64,000 nt of DNA from Iphione sp. A-MEVVRFRX5 (GCA_976226885.1 OZ320316.1:77252001-77316000), one strand, 5' to 3'. Counted from the stretch's first letter, positions 36,901-50,480 are shown. Translations and numbers: made by a program. The notes: generated from the sequence alone by a model not told the origin.

Positions 36901-39900
36901 CATTTCTATTTATCTTGCTATGAAGTTTCCCTTGTTCATTCCCATGTTCATTCCCTTGTACATTCGTTGTTCTCTTACCACCACTAATTATGTAATATAT
37001 GGAAATTCAAGTAAACATTGTTGATTATGTAGGGCACAGTTCACTTTAATTCCAAAAATAAAGTTACCCATAAAACAAATCATTCAGCATAGAACTTTTC
37101 AATGAAATACACCCACCTCATGTAATCTATTGTAACGTTGGTTTCGTAGTGCCTGTTGAGATCATCAACTATTTGGTTGGCAGTAAAATCACTTGGACTT
37201 AATGCATAGGATGCTCGAACGTCGTAGCTAATACTTCGGCAGGCAGGAGGGCAGATGGCGTTCTCAAAGCGCTTATCATAATAATAATTTGCTGTTCCAA
37301 AAAATCAGATAATACACATTGAAACTACCGGGAAAATGTATTCTTGTGAACTATCCTCTCATCGATGAGGGTTCCAGAAAATATTGATAAAATATTCTGA
37401 TGTGACGTTCTGTTAATAAAGTAATTAATTTCCATGACTTTCTACGGTTTAATCCTACGGATGACTTTCTTTTTAATTTATAATTGTTTCATAATTATTT
37501 ATTTTCATAGTAAATGGAATACTCGGGTTATGGAAGCGAAACATCTATGCAAACTGATGGCCAAATTTTTAGGTTCGGAAGAATTGGTACCCATTGCATT
37601 TTCCACGCAGTCTAGCATATCCACTGGGGTGCAAAGAGTATCGTTTTCTGAAAGGTGCAACAAGATGTATTTGTTACTGCCTCAGCACTACACAGATAAT
37701 ATCTGTATAGAAATAGAGGAAGGCTAAGCTACTGAAATTGACATGATGTACTTATATCAAAAGTAAAAGGTCAACTAATTAAACATTCAATTTATACGAT
37801 AGGTGGTGTCAATATGATTTAAAGGATGTTGGATATTTTTCACTTGACGTTATTTGGACTGGAAAGGAAAACACATACATATATCTTAACTATGATATGT
37901 TGATGGTAAATAGAAAATTGGGTAGTACGTAAAAGGATTTATGTTAATAAAATAGACTAAACAAGAGCTGTCCTTAAAATAGGACTGATACCAATATGGC
38001 TTGAAAAAAAAAATATCTGTGTTTCCGGTAACCCGACCTACCCTACAATGTGACCAGTTGTAACTTTATATTTTTTCTTGTTTGTGCATATCTTGCCACT
38101 AAATAAAAGTGAGATTCATGCTATACATCAACGCGTTTCTTAAATCATTAGTTTTCATTTGATATATTTTGATTAACATGTAAACAGTGCAAAAGACATT
38201 ACCATATACATTTGTTATCTTTAGGGTACTTTAACATTGAAAAACCTACTGATGGACCCTCTATATGTTTAACATGTCACTGAAAACACAGATTCTTTTA
38301 GGCCCTAATAAATGAGGAGGTGTTGTAGCACTGATGTTGGTATTTTATAATTCATTTTGCTACATAATGGCCTTTTGTTTGAAAGTAATGTTCCATGGAG
38401 GTTTTCCCATTATGTTTTTTAAATGATGAAAATAATAAATCTGACCAAAGTACAAAGTAAAAAAAACGTCGTACTATACAGTGTTTTTCCAGTTTAAAAT
38501 GAATCAATCAGTTCTGTCATTTTAAATTACCTGGAATCGAAAATCAACAATAGCTGTAGTTGTCCGATATAAATCACTTATTTGCAGTGCTTAGTCCCAA
38601 ATTCAAACGCTTTTTGAAAAAAAGGGTTGTCACTGTCTGGCATGTTAGAACAGAGAAATTATTAAAGAGGGGGAACAAAAGGGCTCAGAATGGATCCCTA
38701 AGGTACCCAACGAATTATTTTCCGTCTTTGACTGTCAAGTAATCCAAGCAAAGTGTTTAATACGTTCAAAAGCTAGGATAACAGATGCATATACTAGCAA
38801 TTGTGTGAAAATTATCTTTGAGTAATAATTGGATATGGTCACCCTTCTGTAATATGGATCATACGGCATTGTCAGCGTGATCCATGTTTATCAATTTGTG
38901 ATGTGCATATTAGGAATCTACAGATTATTTTGCTGCCACTGTATATTGAGTATAAATTTACACACAGAATAATGAGCTTAACGTACAATAGAGCCTCATG
39001 TATTATGAAACATCAAAACAAAGGACACCCCTTCAAGTGGGGGAGATTTTGATGGAACCAAGGCAGCTATCTCCATGTAAACAGTAGTTTAACAAGAAGG
39101 AGGAAGCTTGACCACGTCTTATAAATGGACAGTATATTATCATTACGTCCCAGGACTGGGGACACTCCCTTAATAAGGACACTTCAGCGGGAGAAAAATG
39201 CATCTCTAATTTTGAGGTTCTTCGGTAAATGCATGATGCACGTATAATTATTGTCTCGGGCAGTTTTTCCATATACATGTAGTCAATTTATGCATTCGAA
39301 TACATGGACAAAATGTGTGTAACCAACCAGGACAAAGTTGAGAACAGGTTCCTATCCAGCTGTGCATACATAATGCATCTGGATGTGTATCCGTTAAGGT
39401 AACAGAACTTTCAGGGAATTTCCCATATAGGGATGCATGAGTGCAATAGTTTTCAACAACCCATTAATCTCCTGGAGGGTCTACTAAATGTTATGCAGTC
39501 TTGTTCGGGGTCCTGCAACCCGGCCGTCGTCTGCAATAGTTAAACATTAACATAGAAAAACAGGCCTATTTTTGCAAAACATGCGCATGGATTCCTCTCC
39601 GGAGACTCACCTCTTCTTGGAAGAAAAACGGGAACACAGTTGCACTTGCTCTGTGATACTCCTATAGTATCATCAGTCAAACAGGCATCTTGGGTATATT
39701 TTGAAGAATACTTCAACGGCCTTTCCTCACAGTTACCCCAAGGTGAAGGAGCGCGGATACTCTGTTGAAGAACGCGTCAATGTATGTACATGTACATTGC
39801 ATATGGGTAAATTGGTTATTCGGTTTCAGGTGCCCAGGAAAATCGAATAATGGTGAAGCTAAACTGGGAGCCTGGGATATATAGAGTAGCTACATAGAGA

Positions 39901-41847
39901 GAAACATTCCATTCCCAGAAAAATCGATCGGTTTGGGGAAACTTCGGTTTTCGAGTGTCCGGATTTCGACTTCCCTCTGTATACATTTATGCCCTTCTCC
40001 CTTTCCATTACAAAATTAGCGAACGTTAGGATCGACAGTAGCTTAAAAGGTGCATGTTACACTTCATCACACGTTAAACACTCGTTCAAATGACACATTA
40101 TTATTCATCTTTGCTCATAGATTCATATAATGGTGTACATGTACATACTCGCGATGCGGCGAGCGATACATAGCCATAAACACCAGGAGGCACAGCAATG
40201 GCCTCCGTCTCATAGGTGGGATACTGATCTGGTGAGTGAACTAGCACGCGGATACCGGCTTGGCTCTTGCCCCGGCGATATTGCTCTATACATCATAAAT
40301 TAAAGAGAAAGAAGTTAACAGCTGAACATAGTGGCAGTACACTTTATGTCACAACAATGTGGAAACACAGTGTATCATATAAAAACTAACTGTGAATGCA
40401 TCGTTTAATTCGGCAAAAATCAGGGTTCTGTAGTCAGTGGGTAAGGAAAACGTGTAAGGTTTTCTCTAGAGATCGAATTATTGACGTGAATAAATTTTAA
40501 TGAACCTAGCAGTTGAAAATCGTACTTGCAGACCCAGACACATCTTCCGTGTTTACCATTCAGATTACCAGAACAGAGGACAGGTGTTTTTACCTGCATA
40601 TTGGTCTTGGCCGATGTCCAGGAGCAGATTTAACCCGCCGCCCGGTCCCGGAAAACTTTGCTGATACTCTGAATTGAAAGCGTCTGCAAAATTAAAGCTC
40701 CAGCACTTCCCCATGGTAGTCATCACGGGACGAAACATAGCTGGCCGGCACAGCTTCGGAGAATTCCCTATCCAGCTGCAATGTGGCATCGACACCAAGT
40801 CCTCGAGGGAGTAGCTGACTTCATCCAGGAAAGATTGGATGTTAAGCTTGCCGTTTAGCACCCGGGAAAGATTTTCATGCACTTGACTAACCTGTAGGCG
40901 GTCATGTGAAGACAAATCGTCATATAAGATAGAAGAGGGCGTTCTTCCCAGACTATAAGCAACGTATTTCCAAAACACGGATGGATGCAGAGCTAATCGT
41001 GCTGCAACTGAAACAAGCATTGCAGACGTTGTATGCGTACACGGCATGAAACTAGATATACGCGTGAATTTGAAGGAAGACCATTTGTGCATATGTATAT
41101 AGAATAATCAATTAGTGTGTTATACACTACAGTTCATTTATCCATTATACGCACATGAACATGCAGTTGAAACATTAAATGTCTACATTTTACAGAGAAG
41201 AAAAAGACGAATAGAAATTGTATATAAATATTTACCATACCTGATTCAATTTTGTCTTTCCGAAATTTGTTGTAATTACAGAACGTGATGGCTGGGAATT
41301 CCAGACTCTTTGTTCTCTGAAGTGTGACAACGAAAAACAGATTATTTCGCATCCAGTGTGCAAGAGTCACTGACAGGGTGATTCAGGTATCAAACACTTG
41401 ACACAGTTTGAATAATTTATGTACAAATGTTGCGATATCCATTACCATGAAAGACATATGAGGTAAGTGCAAACGATTGAGGTTGTTTGGCGAATGATCG
41501 ATACATTAACTAACCATTACACATGATCGATAGAGAGGGAGGACAATGGTCCGTATCGTGAGGGAGTGTAAACCTACATTGATATATACTTCAGTCACCG
41601 CTTCAAAGGCAGCATACTGTAAGGAGAGAATGATGATTTGCTCGATCAGCAGGCCAAAAGCTACCAGCACTGCAGCCACCCAGAACCACCGTACCCAGGG
41701 TCGCCTGGCCTCCACCACATTACGGAGGCCATGACACGAAGTCGTTGTGCAGAACTTGTACTCCAGTGTGCGCTCTAAAGGTACATTGTGTTTGGTGTCA
41801 ACCTCGTCCTGCACGGCAGCCTTCTTATCGATGTCACCTAACGTCAT
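27962..41847 (-). CDS. DEG/ENaC (ASIC-like) amiloride-sensitive cation channel subunit, 9 coding exons, 557 aa
   Basis: Exons 41847-41578, 41316-41241, 41007-40594, 40285-40149, 39761-39611, 37647-37591, 37291-37117, 28647-28556 and 28263-27962. All introns are GT-AG, phases close, total 1674 nt. Motifs TSCHGL (HG), TM1, FPAITFCN, GKCWSFN, GGGLNLLLD, PWGNC, CNC, and ADIGGQLGLFIGASVITLSEFIEY (TM2, GAS filter). Confidence 0.93.
28890..29509. mobile_element. Tc1/mariner-type MITE (620 bp) in channel intron 7
   Basis: TA|CAGTGGAGCGCCTCTATTAGGGAC ... GTCCCTAAGGAGGCTCTCCACTG|TA: imperfect TIRs, TA duplication, and internal tccctattagag sub-repeats. Confidence 0.85.
32412..33224 (+). CDS. Ngaro gag-like ORF with C-terminal CCCH/CCHC zinc knuckle, interrupted by one TGA (32982-32984)
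   Basis: 190-aa ORF; the same frame continues FLSLDAT..CYKYNNGMCEDNSCRFRHICQVCLKMGHRSPDC..KKD* to 33224. Confidence 0.85.
33234..35273 (+). CDS. Reverse transcriptase-RNase H (Ngaro pol), 679 aa
   Basis: LRPITDCS, DIKSAY, LCFGLKCAPCIF, YLDDF, FLGIVID, TTDSSLDGFG, INVYELWAV, DNMAV, NIIADVLSR. Confidence 0.95.
   Translation: MDLQGKDLQEVCECFPGNHLCDMDVEGCSVVNIETQSTREYVSSLLDVRRNCDVIVNNGCGETSFNLTEALRPFVVHCELDDCDDLLHVKNYDGSYVFPIYGKCIDGVCECDHRIGGTYSPLKMCRNFVYLNRVDMKDDDLLYLWKGISLGFDIVDGGCDTTYFCNNYKSILEGDFRLQMDEKIESELECGFISKCSEPPRCVNALGGVKKSNGKLRPITDCSMPNKKAINNYMLSTHEDFSFKSVDDVCDVLSEGEWMATCDIKSAYWSVLVNPKHRCFQGFSWEHPDGSVRYYVNNSLCFGLKCAPCIFNKLSEMVVAEFYYRCSGKIVNYLDDFIVLGANEEECQYMQSVLMSVINDVGFEVSVEKCTVPSRRCKFLGIVIDSESMELSLPEDKLEEVRYKIRAAVNKGALKKKELESLTGSLSHCATVVKGGRTYTRSLYNLIKGVQRPSKPVDLSDEVLHDLSWWNNFMELFNGKKRIIRCREIEAVVTTDSSLDGFGGWFGKDWFFGRWRSPTESIINCEEHQEYPPCMDDFDNHINVYELWAVVVALKRWGNVLRDKMVLIRVDNMAVLYMLRSGRSSNLCCMRWLREIFWCCVIMNIVFRVEYISTTDNIIADVLSRIDDCNQLTRLYDDLWRSKACCSDVLVCSCRRDETPKERCEEAERLLNLGEHKEM
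35140..36135 (+). CDS. Tyrosine recombinase (Ngaro YR), ~331 aa, overlapping the pol 3' end
   Basis: FRCLLRKES (catalytic R), HSFRRGG (H-x-x-R), GNWKS..RY (W/Y); SAM-like N-terminal region. Confidence 0.93.
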   Translation: MMIYGGLKPVVVMFWFVLVGEMKRLRNDVKKLRDCSIWENTKKCRALQLKKYEEFCEHFDLTSFPCSNYQTCLFLAFLGRSMCYSSIRNYLSGLTYWCKVFKCDVPNINDFGISQVLAGLRRKCDRAPLRAYAFTVCDLENIFDSLNMARDFDFLFWLACILSFRCLLRKESFTNPKGLRWDEIEFKEFGIIVHVNRGKRVISEGDSYSIPVFYSKSYKFCVATWLKLWRRKHFCSKSQSVFSYVKRGVVCNLTYEAFMVKLKSVCDKLSIIGKISSHSFRRGGCTYLAEFGVDISVIKSRGNWKSWCVNRYIDLDFSKMLNSERVISLSF

Positions 41848-42969
41848 CTTCTGTAGCTGCTTACCGCCAACTCAGGATACCGATTTATGTCTGTGTGGCC
41901 GTTGCATGAAATGATAAACATAGAATTGTCGCGGGTCTTCAATGCAGAACACGAATATATGGCCATAAAATAGTACACTTTGGTACATAGTTATAACAGA
42001 GTAGGGACTTTGTAATTTTTGTAACTTATCTGCTCTGAAAATATTTGACTAATAAGCGTCAGACCTCCAAATAGCTACAGCCGTCTACCTATACCTTCTT
42101 TGAAATGTTTTCTTTGGTAAGCGGATACCAAATTGCTGATGATCTGATTGTGAACTAAGCTACATTCACACTAGCTATTCACAAGTGATTTTTTGCACTT
42201 ATTACTCATATAGGGTTGTAAAATAGAAGTAGTATAAAGTTGGGCACAAAGTAGTATGTTGGCTACGCTAATCAGTTCAAACAAGATCCGAGGCAGCTGA
42301 AGGAGTATGCGTGCACCCAACAGGAACCGATGTTTGAGGTAGGACTCCTCTTCCAACAAACCCAAGGGAGCTGAAGGAGGGGGTGTGCGTGCACCCAACT
42401 GGAACCGATGTTCGAGATAGAACAGGGAGTTAAACAGGCAAATTGACAAGGAATAAACAGATTTCTCCTCTATACTCAAGGAGTATACATACTTTATATC
42501 ATGTAGGTTTTAGCCAAGGGGTTCGAAGAGCCGTTTCGTATCTATTGTGTTGAGTATTTTGACTCATTCCATCAACTTGCTCTACCCCTTCATTCTACCC
42601 TCTACATTGAAAGGATCTAATATTTCCCCTGAGAATTATTTATACCTCCAAAAGGTATGGCAAGAGCTAAATATGCACATGTTTAAGGGTTTCTTGAGGT
42701 GGTACAAACAATAAAATATGTTGCCCCATTCATCACTGCTCTTCGTAAACTCAATAAATTTTATCTTGAGAGAGGGATAGATGTGTTTAGAATAGCAGTA
42801 TCGGTCTAAGGGATAGCTAGGAAACTTTTATTTCAATGATGTATGGAATCAAATACATACTTTCAAACGTTTCGTGCTGAAGATGAAAATTTAAACAAAA
42901 CTTCAAAAAGAATATTGTGGAAGGACTTTCAATTATATTCAAAAGATATTGTGAGTCTGATTTGACACA

Positions 42970-43600
42970 CATATGAAGAGGAAAAAACATAAAAGGATCA
43001 AAAGGGAAGCTATAAGCTCTGTGCCAAAGTGGTGTGTGGCTGAGAACTTTGTCCTAAGTGAGGATAAATGCGTCTCTCTACAGATGGGTAAATTAAGTGG
43101 CTTGGACCTTGATCTCAAACTAAATAACTCAAAGATGAAAGCAGTCACTTCCATGATAGTCATGGGGTACTTGACTCCAAGATGGACTTTTGGCTGAGTA
43201 TGAAGTGCTTGAAGAGAACCACTTGGTTATCTTCCATAAGAATAAGTCGCCTGAAACACTCCCTGAACTTAAGGACCAGAATGCTACTGTTTACAACCTT
43301 AGTTCTCTCACAGTTGAGCTTTCATGCAGTGACTCTCTATGGCCTGTCACAGTTGAGCCTTCTCCATTTTCAAATCCATCTGAACAACTGTGCTATGGTT
43401 GCACTACAGACAGGAAAATATTTGTCAGGGCAAACAATTGAACACAAGTTAGGGATATCAACAGTGGCTAATGTCATCAAGTGGCAGTCCCTGAATGCCA
43501 TACACCATCAGATGAGGCTGGGATCGATTCCCTCTAGAAGTAGAACTAAGACTAGGCCGTGGAGGACCCTGATGGGTGCCATGCCAAAGCCTAGATCTAT
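42970..43600 (+). mobile_element. Decayed CR1/L2-like LINE RT 3' fragment
   Basis: LKLNNSKMK and RISRLKHSLNLRTRMLLFTTLVLSQL..LQ/HLNN resemble the post-RT region of CR1/L2 elements. Confidence 0.55.
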
Positions 43601-44023
43601 GGTGGCTGCACACTAACTGTGCAATGCTGGAGTGAGGGCATGAAATGCTCTGCCACGGGATGTCAAGCTTCAGTCACATTTGCCTAAGGCAGTAATGAAT
43701 AGCGGTGTGGCCAGACAGAGTCCAGGTTGACCCTGTAGATGCAGAGCAGACAGTGTATCCCTTCCCCCCGTTAGTGACCATGTTGCTCTTTGTTTGTGTG
43801 ACTACTCCTGATGTCATGATGTTCCATCCACATGGGTGTAATGTCTATGTATCAAACACCATGAATACACCTAGAGTTTGTCGCTGTATCACTGTGAATT
43901 TCCAGACTTTATTAAAATGCATGTTTTCGAGTTAACTTATCTGATGTTACCTGTCTGTTTTCTTTGTGAAATGTATATATGGTGTCATACTCATATTGAC
44001 CAGTTAACTGGTGTAAACTAATA

Positions 44024-44869
44024 CAGGAGAACCCGCCTAATGCGACCACCTAAGGGACTGAGCTGAAGTGGTCGCATTAGGCAACTGGTCTCCTAAGGCA
44101 TTGGGTGTCTCCCGCTCTCTGTCTCTCTCTCTCTCTATGTCCCTCTCTCTGTGTCCTTCTCTATGGGGAATATTATGGGGAAAAGAAGTCTAAATTAACT
44201 GAATATTATGGGGAAAAAGTCCAAATTAACTGACTATTATGGGGAAAATGTCCAAATTAACTGAATACTATGGGGAAAATGTCCAAATTAACTGAATATT
44301 ATGGGGAAAAAGTCCAAATTAACTGAATATTATGGGGAAAAGAAGTCTAAATGGACTGAATGTAAAATGAACAAATAAAACTGAAATCAAGTGTTTCTTG
44401 GGTATCAGGGCCGGTGGTCACCCCGGTTACCCTCAAAGAACCGCGACAGGAGTTCCCCAAGGCTCGTTTTCATAGTGTTTCTTGGGTATCAGGGCCCGCG
44501 GTTGCCCCGGTTACCCTCAAAGAAGCACGACAGAAGTCCCTCTAGGGTTGTTTTCGTAGTGGTTCTTGGGTATCGGGGCCGGTGGTCACCCGGTTACCCT
44601 CAAAGAAGCGTGACAGGAGTCCCTCATGGGTTGTTTGCATAGTGTTTCTTGGGTATCAGGGCCAGTGGTCGCCCTAGACACCTTAAAATCATAGTTTTTG
44701 TTCTTAAAATGGCGGTGTTAATGGGCGAATGGTCGCCCAAGCCAGTGGTCACCCTGGATGAATTGTATCATATAGCAAATGTACTGAAATTTGGTTCGTT
44801 CTTAGTAAAACTGGTCGCACTGGCTGACTGGTCGCCCTAGGCAACTGGTCACAGGGTGAGGTTCTCCTG
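44024..44869. mobile_element. Tc1/mariner-type non-autonomous element (846 bp) with internal minisatellites
   Basis: TA|CAGGAGAACC ... GGTTCTCCTG|TA. Contains ~30-bp units ctgaatattatggggaaaa..aaattaa (~44165-44360) and ~87-bp units gtgtttcttgggtatcagggcc.. (~44390-44680). Confidence 0.85.
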
Positions 44870-47800
44870 TAATGTGATGTTTGATATTTTGTTCTATAAT
44901 CTCTATGATGGTACACAGGTATTGTATTTTCTGCTTGTATTTACCTGCTTATGTGTAAATAACTGGATACTCATTTACAGATTATCAACTTACCCAAGGG
45001 ATGTCTAAGTTTGAAGCTTCTATGCATACCACCTCGACTTGGATGTGATGTATCTTATGTTTGCCTTGTGCTAACTTGGATTGTGTCTGTATGGTGTTAG
45101 TGTGTTGACTACTGATTTGCTTCTTGATTGAATATGTGCAACCATGCTGTCTGCCATTACCCTAGCATTCACCCTATGTACGTATGCAACTATTTCTACT
45201 TTGTTGTCCAAGAAGAGCTGCATCTCAAAATAGAGAATTGGTCAATCAACATTCCTTGAATCCTTAAATCCTTGAATCATTGGTTTCATTGTGAATGCCT
45301 TATATCTTTGGCCAGTTGGACAGGATATGCCCACGGCAATCTATGTAAAAAGATTTGAATCATCTGGTTTCCAACCAAAAAGACAAACACAATATATGAG
45401 AATGTACCAGAAAGCTGGACAGGAGAGCCAGTACAGAACATGTGCTAATAGCACATAAGCTGAACAGAGGATATGAGAAATAAATTGGTTCTAAGATACA
45501 GCTTCTCACATATAAATGCTGAAATACAGGAATGAAACAGTACTGCATCTGACAACAAATTGATTGAACTGTCTATATCTCCTTCTCGCATTTAATTCAT
45601 TCATAACGTCTTGTTCTTTGGATACTTTTGTTGAAACCAATGTAAAATTCATGCATAAAGAACAAGACAGGCCACTTCCATTCCGATATATCTGTCTCCA
45701 TCATTTGGTCTCCTGTATGACTACGTTTTGTTTGCAATCTGGTGTCTTTATTTTTCAATGCCAATAAATAACCTCGCTAAGTACTTACACATAGCGAGTC
45801 TTAATTTATAATTTATGTGCACAATCTTAAGGCAATCCTTTTCTTCTGTTATGAGCAGTTTAAAGTATACAAGCAGTTCAAATGAGAGAGACTTCAGAGC
45901 ATCTGACAGATTTCCAAAAAGATCAGAGTTGTTTGAAAGGTAGAGACTCTGTGGTAATTGCTTGGATATATTCACACAAATGATAGGCTCATATGTTTTG
46001 TGCATAAAAAACCGTAGGCATGAACTAGATTAGCAGAATCAGTTCATCTTTAAGTGTAGTTAGTGTAGAATGTTTAATGCAACACTATCCTCACAAACAA
46101 TATCCTTAAATTACATGAAAAAGTGATACACACTTCAAAACATAATACATGGAATTCTTTCTAGTGAAAGGAGGATGACATTGAGGTTTACCTGTCCTGT
46201 TTCAGATGAGGAATATTCTGTACTATTTTTACAGGATCCTGTTCACTCAGAAATTTAGCACACTCCTCAAAAGTATAAAGTGATTCCATTTCATACAAGT
46301 TGCAATATATTAGATCTTGCAAGTTGTTTACGTTTCACACACTGCTGACAGTACATCATATATCCCTTAAACCTATCAGCAGTATCCATGACCAGGGTTA
46401 TCAATCTTTCATATTCAAGATGAAGCATATAAATGCATATACTTCTCATTATCTTTAACCTGTTTAGAAATTCTATCACCTCAGTGATAACATGATACAT
46501 GTGAGGTCTTTCTTCAATAATTTGTCTTCTATCACTTTCATAAATTCCTCGGAAAATACAGGCATGATATGCTCCTCTGCCGAGAGTGATGCATAGATAC
46601 CTCAAGAGAAATATATCTTGGCTAACATAGATGATATTCATCTTGTAATCTCTCAGACACCAACGCTTCATGGTTAACACGTTTGAAGGATACTCATTTT
46701 TCTGTCCCATCCACATAGATCATGACATGTCTGTATCCATCTTCCATTTCCCTCAAATAGCAATATGAATTAATATCAGGAGTTTTAATTCCACCACTGG
46801 TAATGTTAGTTCCTTCCATTTGACTTATTCCTCATGAGCAATGCTTAAGTAGTCATCAACAATTGATTCCCTCACTGTTACACATATATACTGATAGTGT
46901 CTAACGGAAGTGATTTCACAGCATCTTAAATCTTGTTCAGTGCGGGTGCAGCATGTTAAAATAGAATTTTGTTCATCTAAAACCTACATTTTCATAGTCA
47001 TAAAAGGACTCTACACCTTTAAGAGTTGCTTTACATGCCTAGGCATTTGCTAATAAACTTGCTTTTAGTTCTTGATGAGTATTTGTGAATAAACATTTTT
47101 TGCATTTATCTGTACTCACTCATAATTTGATCCTTGGGGGGAATTTCGATGAAGCATGTAATATTATCAAAAATATGTGGAGCCTGATCTAAAACTTGTG
47201 TGGTGAATTATTCATGAACCCTTCCTGATGAACAAGCAATACTAAATGCTCTCCTTCCCATAGGATGACACAAATCTGGCATTAAAAAACATCATGACTT
47301 ATACAAATGGTGTTTATGGTAACATTTCTCAAACACCAATGGTAAGTTTTAACCATTTCTATTTCATTTGGATATTTATCTACCACTCCTGCAGTACCAT
47401 CCTCATTAGACATCGCCTACTAATCATCCTCTACCTCTTATATATAGCAGTCTCTATACCAGGATATTACTTCCTCTGATGAGTCCTCGACATGCCAATG
47501 CCACTCTCTTCCTCTGATGAGCTAGATGGAGATCCATTATCTTGTCGAGAATAATTTGCCATTTCTACAGAATGAGGAGAGAGTCAACCATAATTAGCCA
47601 AGCAATCACTAAATGTTGAATTGTGGATTTGACATGATTAGAGTGAAGGTATTTGGTTGTGGTAGGTTCCATACCTAAGTTATACACCTTTCTCTAGCCT
47701 GATGCTTAAATACTTCATAGGATGACTGAACCGATTTTCTTATTTGCCACACACTTCCTTCCTAGAGGATGTGCATAGGACATTCTGGAGTAGATTTCTT

Positions 47801-47911
47801 TTGATTTGAATATGAGGACCCTCGATGTGGGGTCCATTCAAAAGTTAGTTTGACCTTGCTTCCAAGCTTTTTTTATTTGCATGAAATATGATGATTCCGT
47901 GGGCATAGGCA

Positions 47912-48075
47912 TAGGTCCATAGGTTGTAGGTGTTTTGTTGGTGATGGACTAGGAGATATTGCTTCTGTATTTCCAAAGGTTACAAAATCATTTTTAGGTC
48001 CATAGGTTGTAGGTGTTTTGTTGGTGATGGACTAGGAGATATTGCTTCTGTATTTCCACAGGTTACAAAATAATT
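47912..48075. repeat. 83-bp tandem duplication, nearly identical
   Basis: taggtccataggttgtagg..ggttacaaaat at 47912 and 47995. Confidence 0.92.
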
Positions 48076-50480
48076 TGACATAGTAAAATGTTGAGCTAAT
48101 TGATCAATAGTGCCATCTCTTACATATGTTAAAATGGAATTCATCTTTTCTCACTAGATGTCTCTGCTTTCTTTTTTCATGCCTTTCTCAAACTTCACAT
48201 AATATGTTCCGTGTATTTTAGAGGTAAATATCATTGTTACACTTGAGTATAGCGGGTCAGAACAAAGATATTACCTCTGCAACATATGTCTGTGTATAAT
48301 ATTGATTTTTTTACAAATAAACTTACTGCATGTTCATACATGCTTACTTCAACGATATAGCCCTTGTAAATATTAGAGGTGGCTTTAGACAAGTTGGTGC
48401 TGGAATCTAGCATGGATTTCATGACTTATGTTATGATGTAAATTTGTGCATGGAATAGGAAATTAGAGCATTCGTATCATGCTATTTTATTCTTTATTTA
48501 ATACAATCTCTAAGTAAAATATTGTAACATGAGCTTGGTCTCTGATAAGTAAAGCAATGTGAAATGACTACAATTATCATAAAATATCTGGTTCACACCA
48601 AATGCAGAAAAATGACCTACTGAAGTGTGACTTTCTCAGAGTGCAATTGAGAGAATATCTGTTTATTCATCAGAATGATACATCCTTAAATACTATTAGG
48701 GTAAGTCATATGACATAACAATTACATAAGAGCAGCTAAAAATAGACACTGTTGAGACACATGTCTGGATCTTTTCTAAATCATAACCTTTGCACCTCTA
48801 CTGATTGTTGCTCCATTAAAGTTACTGTAGTGGTTACTTGAGTGGTCACCTCACCGGAGTGGTCCCATGATCACTGCAGGTCCAGTCTTAGGCAATACTA
48901 GTTTAATGCTATTAGGTAATCGCAATCAATTCCCAGTGTGGGATCCTTCCAAAAATTTATCTTCATCCAATTATGTTACTGAATACAACCAATATGCTAT
49001 AAGTTTGATTTGGGGGATATTCATTTCATTTTTATGTGCATTCAGGAGGCGTTTTCTGTATAAGGTCTGTAAACGTCCTAAAATCCTCCTTCTTGGATCT
49101 ATAGATGAATGAAGTATGCCTCTGGTTGTATTGTGCTATGTTGGTTCAAATCGTATTTGTCAAACCAGCAACAGGCTGTAAACTGAAATGACATGAAGTC
49201 AGGGATATATTAGGAGGCGACAGGAATACCCTAGGGGTCCATTTTGGACCCATTGCTCTTTTTATTCAGTATATATGACAAACTGAGTTTGTCAAACAAA
49301 GGCTTCGTAGAGAAGGCTACTATGTGCTCCTTGGGATCCAGTGCCCTCGTCCTAACACGTAAAGATGCAGTATACCTTGGATCAGGTACAGAGTTTGAGT
49401 TGAGGAAAATACCTTACTGAGATATGTAAATATACATTTGTAGGTCTTTGGAAGGGCAGGCCTAGTTCAACTTGACCTGAGTCTAGATAAACATCGGATG
49501 GGTAAGGTTACTGAATTATTATGGGCTTCCTGTGGGTTAACGACCCTACCTTATGTCCATGCATTAATGCTCATGTGAACAACGTTTGCTCATAGGTGTA
49601 CTTGATATGATTAGTCTTGCATTACCTAGAAACAAAATTTCGAGAGCTACGCTTTAAAACACTTATCCAGCCACACTCTGAATATGCCTTAACTCAAACC
49701 TTTGCTCTTATATCAAGGAACCCACTACTAGAAGAAAAATGGAGCTAAGGTTCGTTGAACCGAAAAAATGCTTTCAGAGCGTCGTACAACACTAAACGCA
49801 TGTCTTACCATCTAAACAAAATATTATGTTAAGGTTTGGTTGTTAAGTGTTATTGAGAAATCTTCTGCAAATGATTTGATATCCTGAATTACATTACTAT
49901 AAAACACCAGAACATTCCCATGGTACCTATGAATCGTTGATAACATGAATGAGCTACATTGAATGCAAGCAGACAAAACTCACACATTAAGTTCATAGAC
50001 ACCTTAAATTGTTAAACAGCTCTGCAAATGGTCAATGAAGAACCATGTGATACTTTACCCATTGCCATGCAGACTGCCGGCTGTTCAAACGAGATCATGA
50101 ACATATGTGTACTGCACTTCCATTCGTTTACAACTGCTTTGATGCCAGTCAGTAAGCGTCAATCACTAGCAAAGTTGGCTATTATAACCACCGATAAATA
50201 TTAATGACCTCTTTACAATGGGGCATTGCAGCTCTCTGCTTTCTCTCTGCTGTATATAGAACGCACAACATTTGAGCCACATAGGAAACATTAGCGACCC
50301 GTGGTTGCACAAGGTTCGTCTTCACAATGTCTAACTTTAATTAGTATGTAACCTTCCAAAATCAGTCATGATAAATTTCCATTTCATTTCGCACAAATAA
50401 CGTAATAAAAATACGTACATGTACGTGCAATGTGATTACAGGATGACTGCTGATATACATTAAATTTTGTACGTATGTCA

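Noticed and set aside
49225-49540. piggyBac-like end (GGGTCCATTTTGGACCC ... GGG|TTAA)
   Set aside because: Only one terminus is recognisable, which is too little to call an element.
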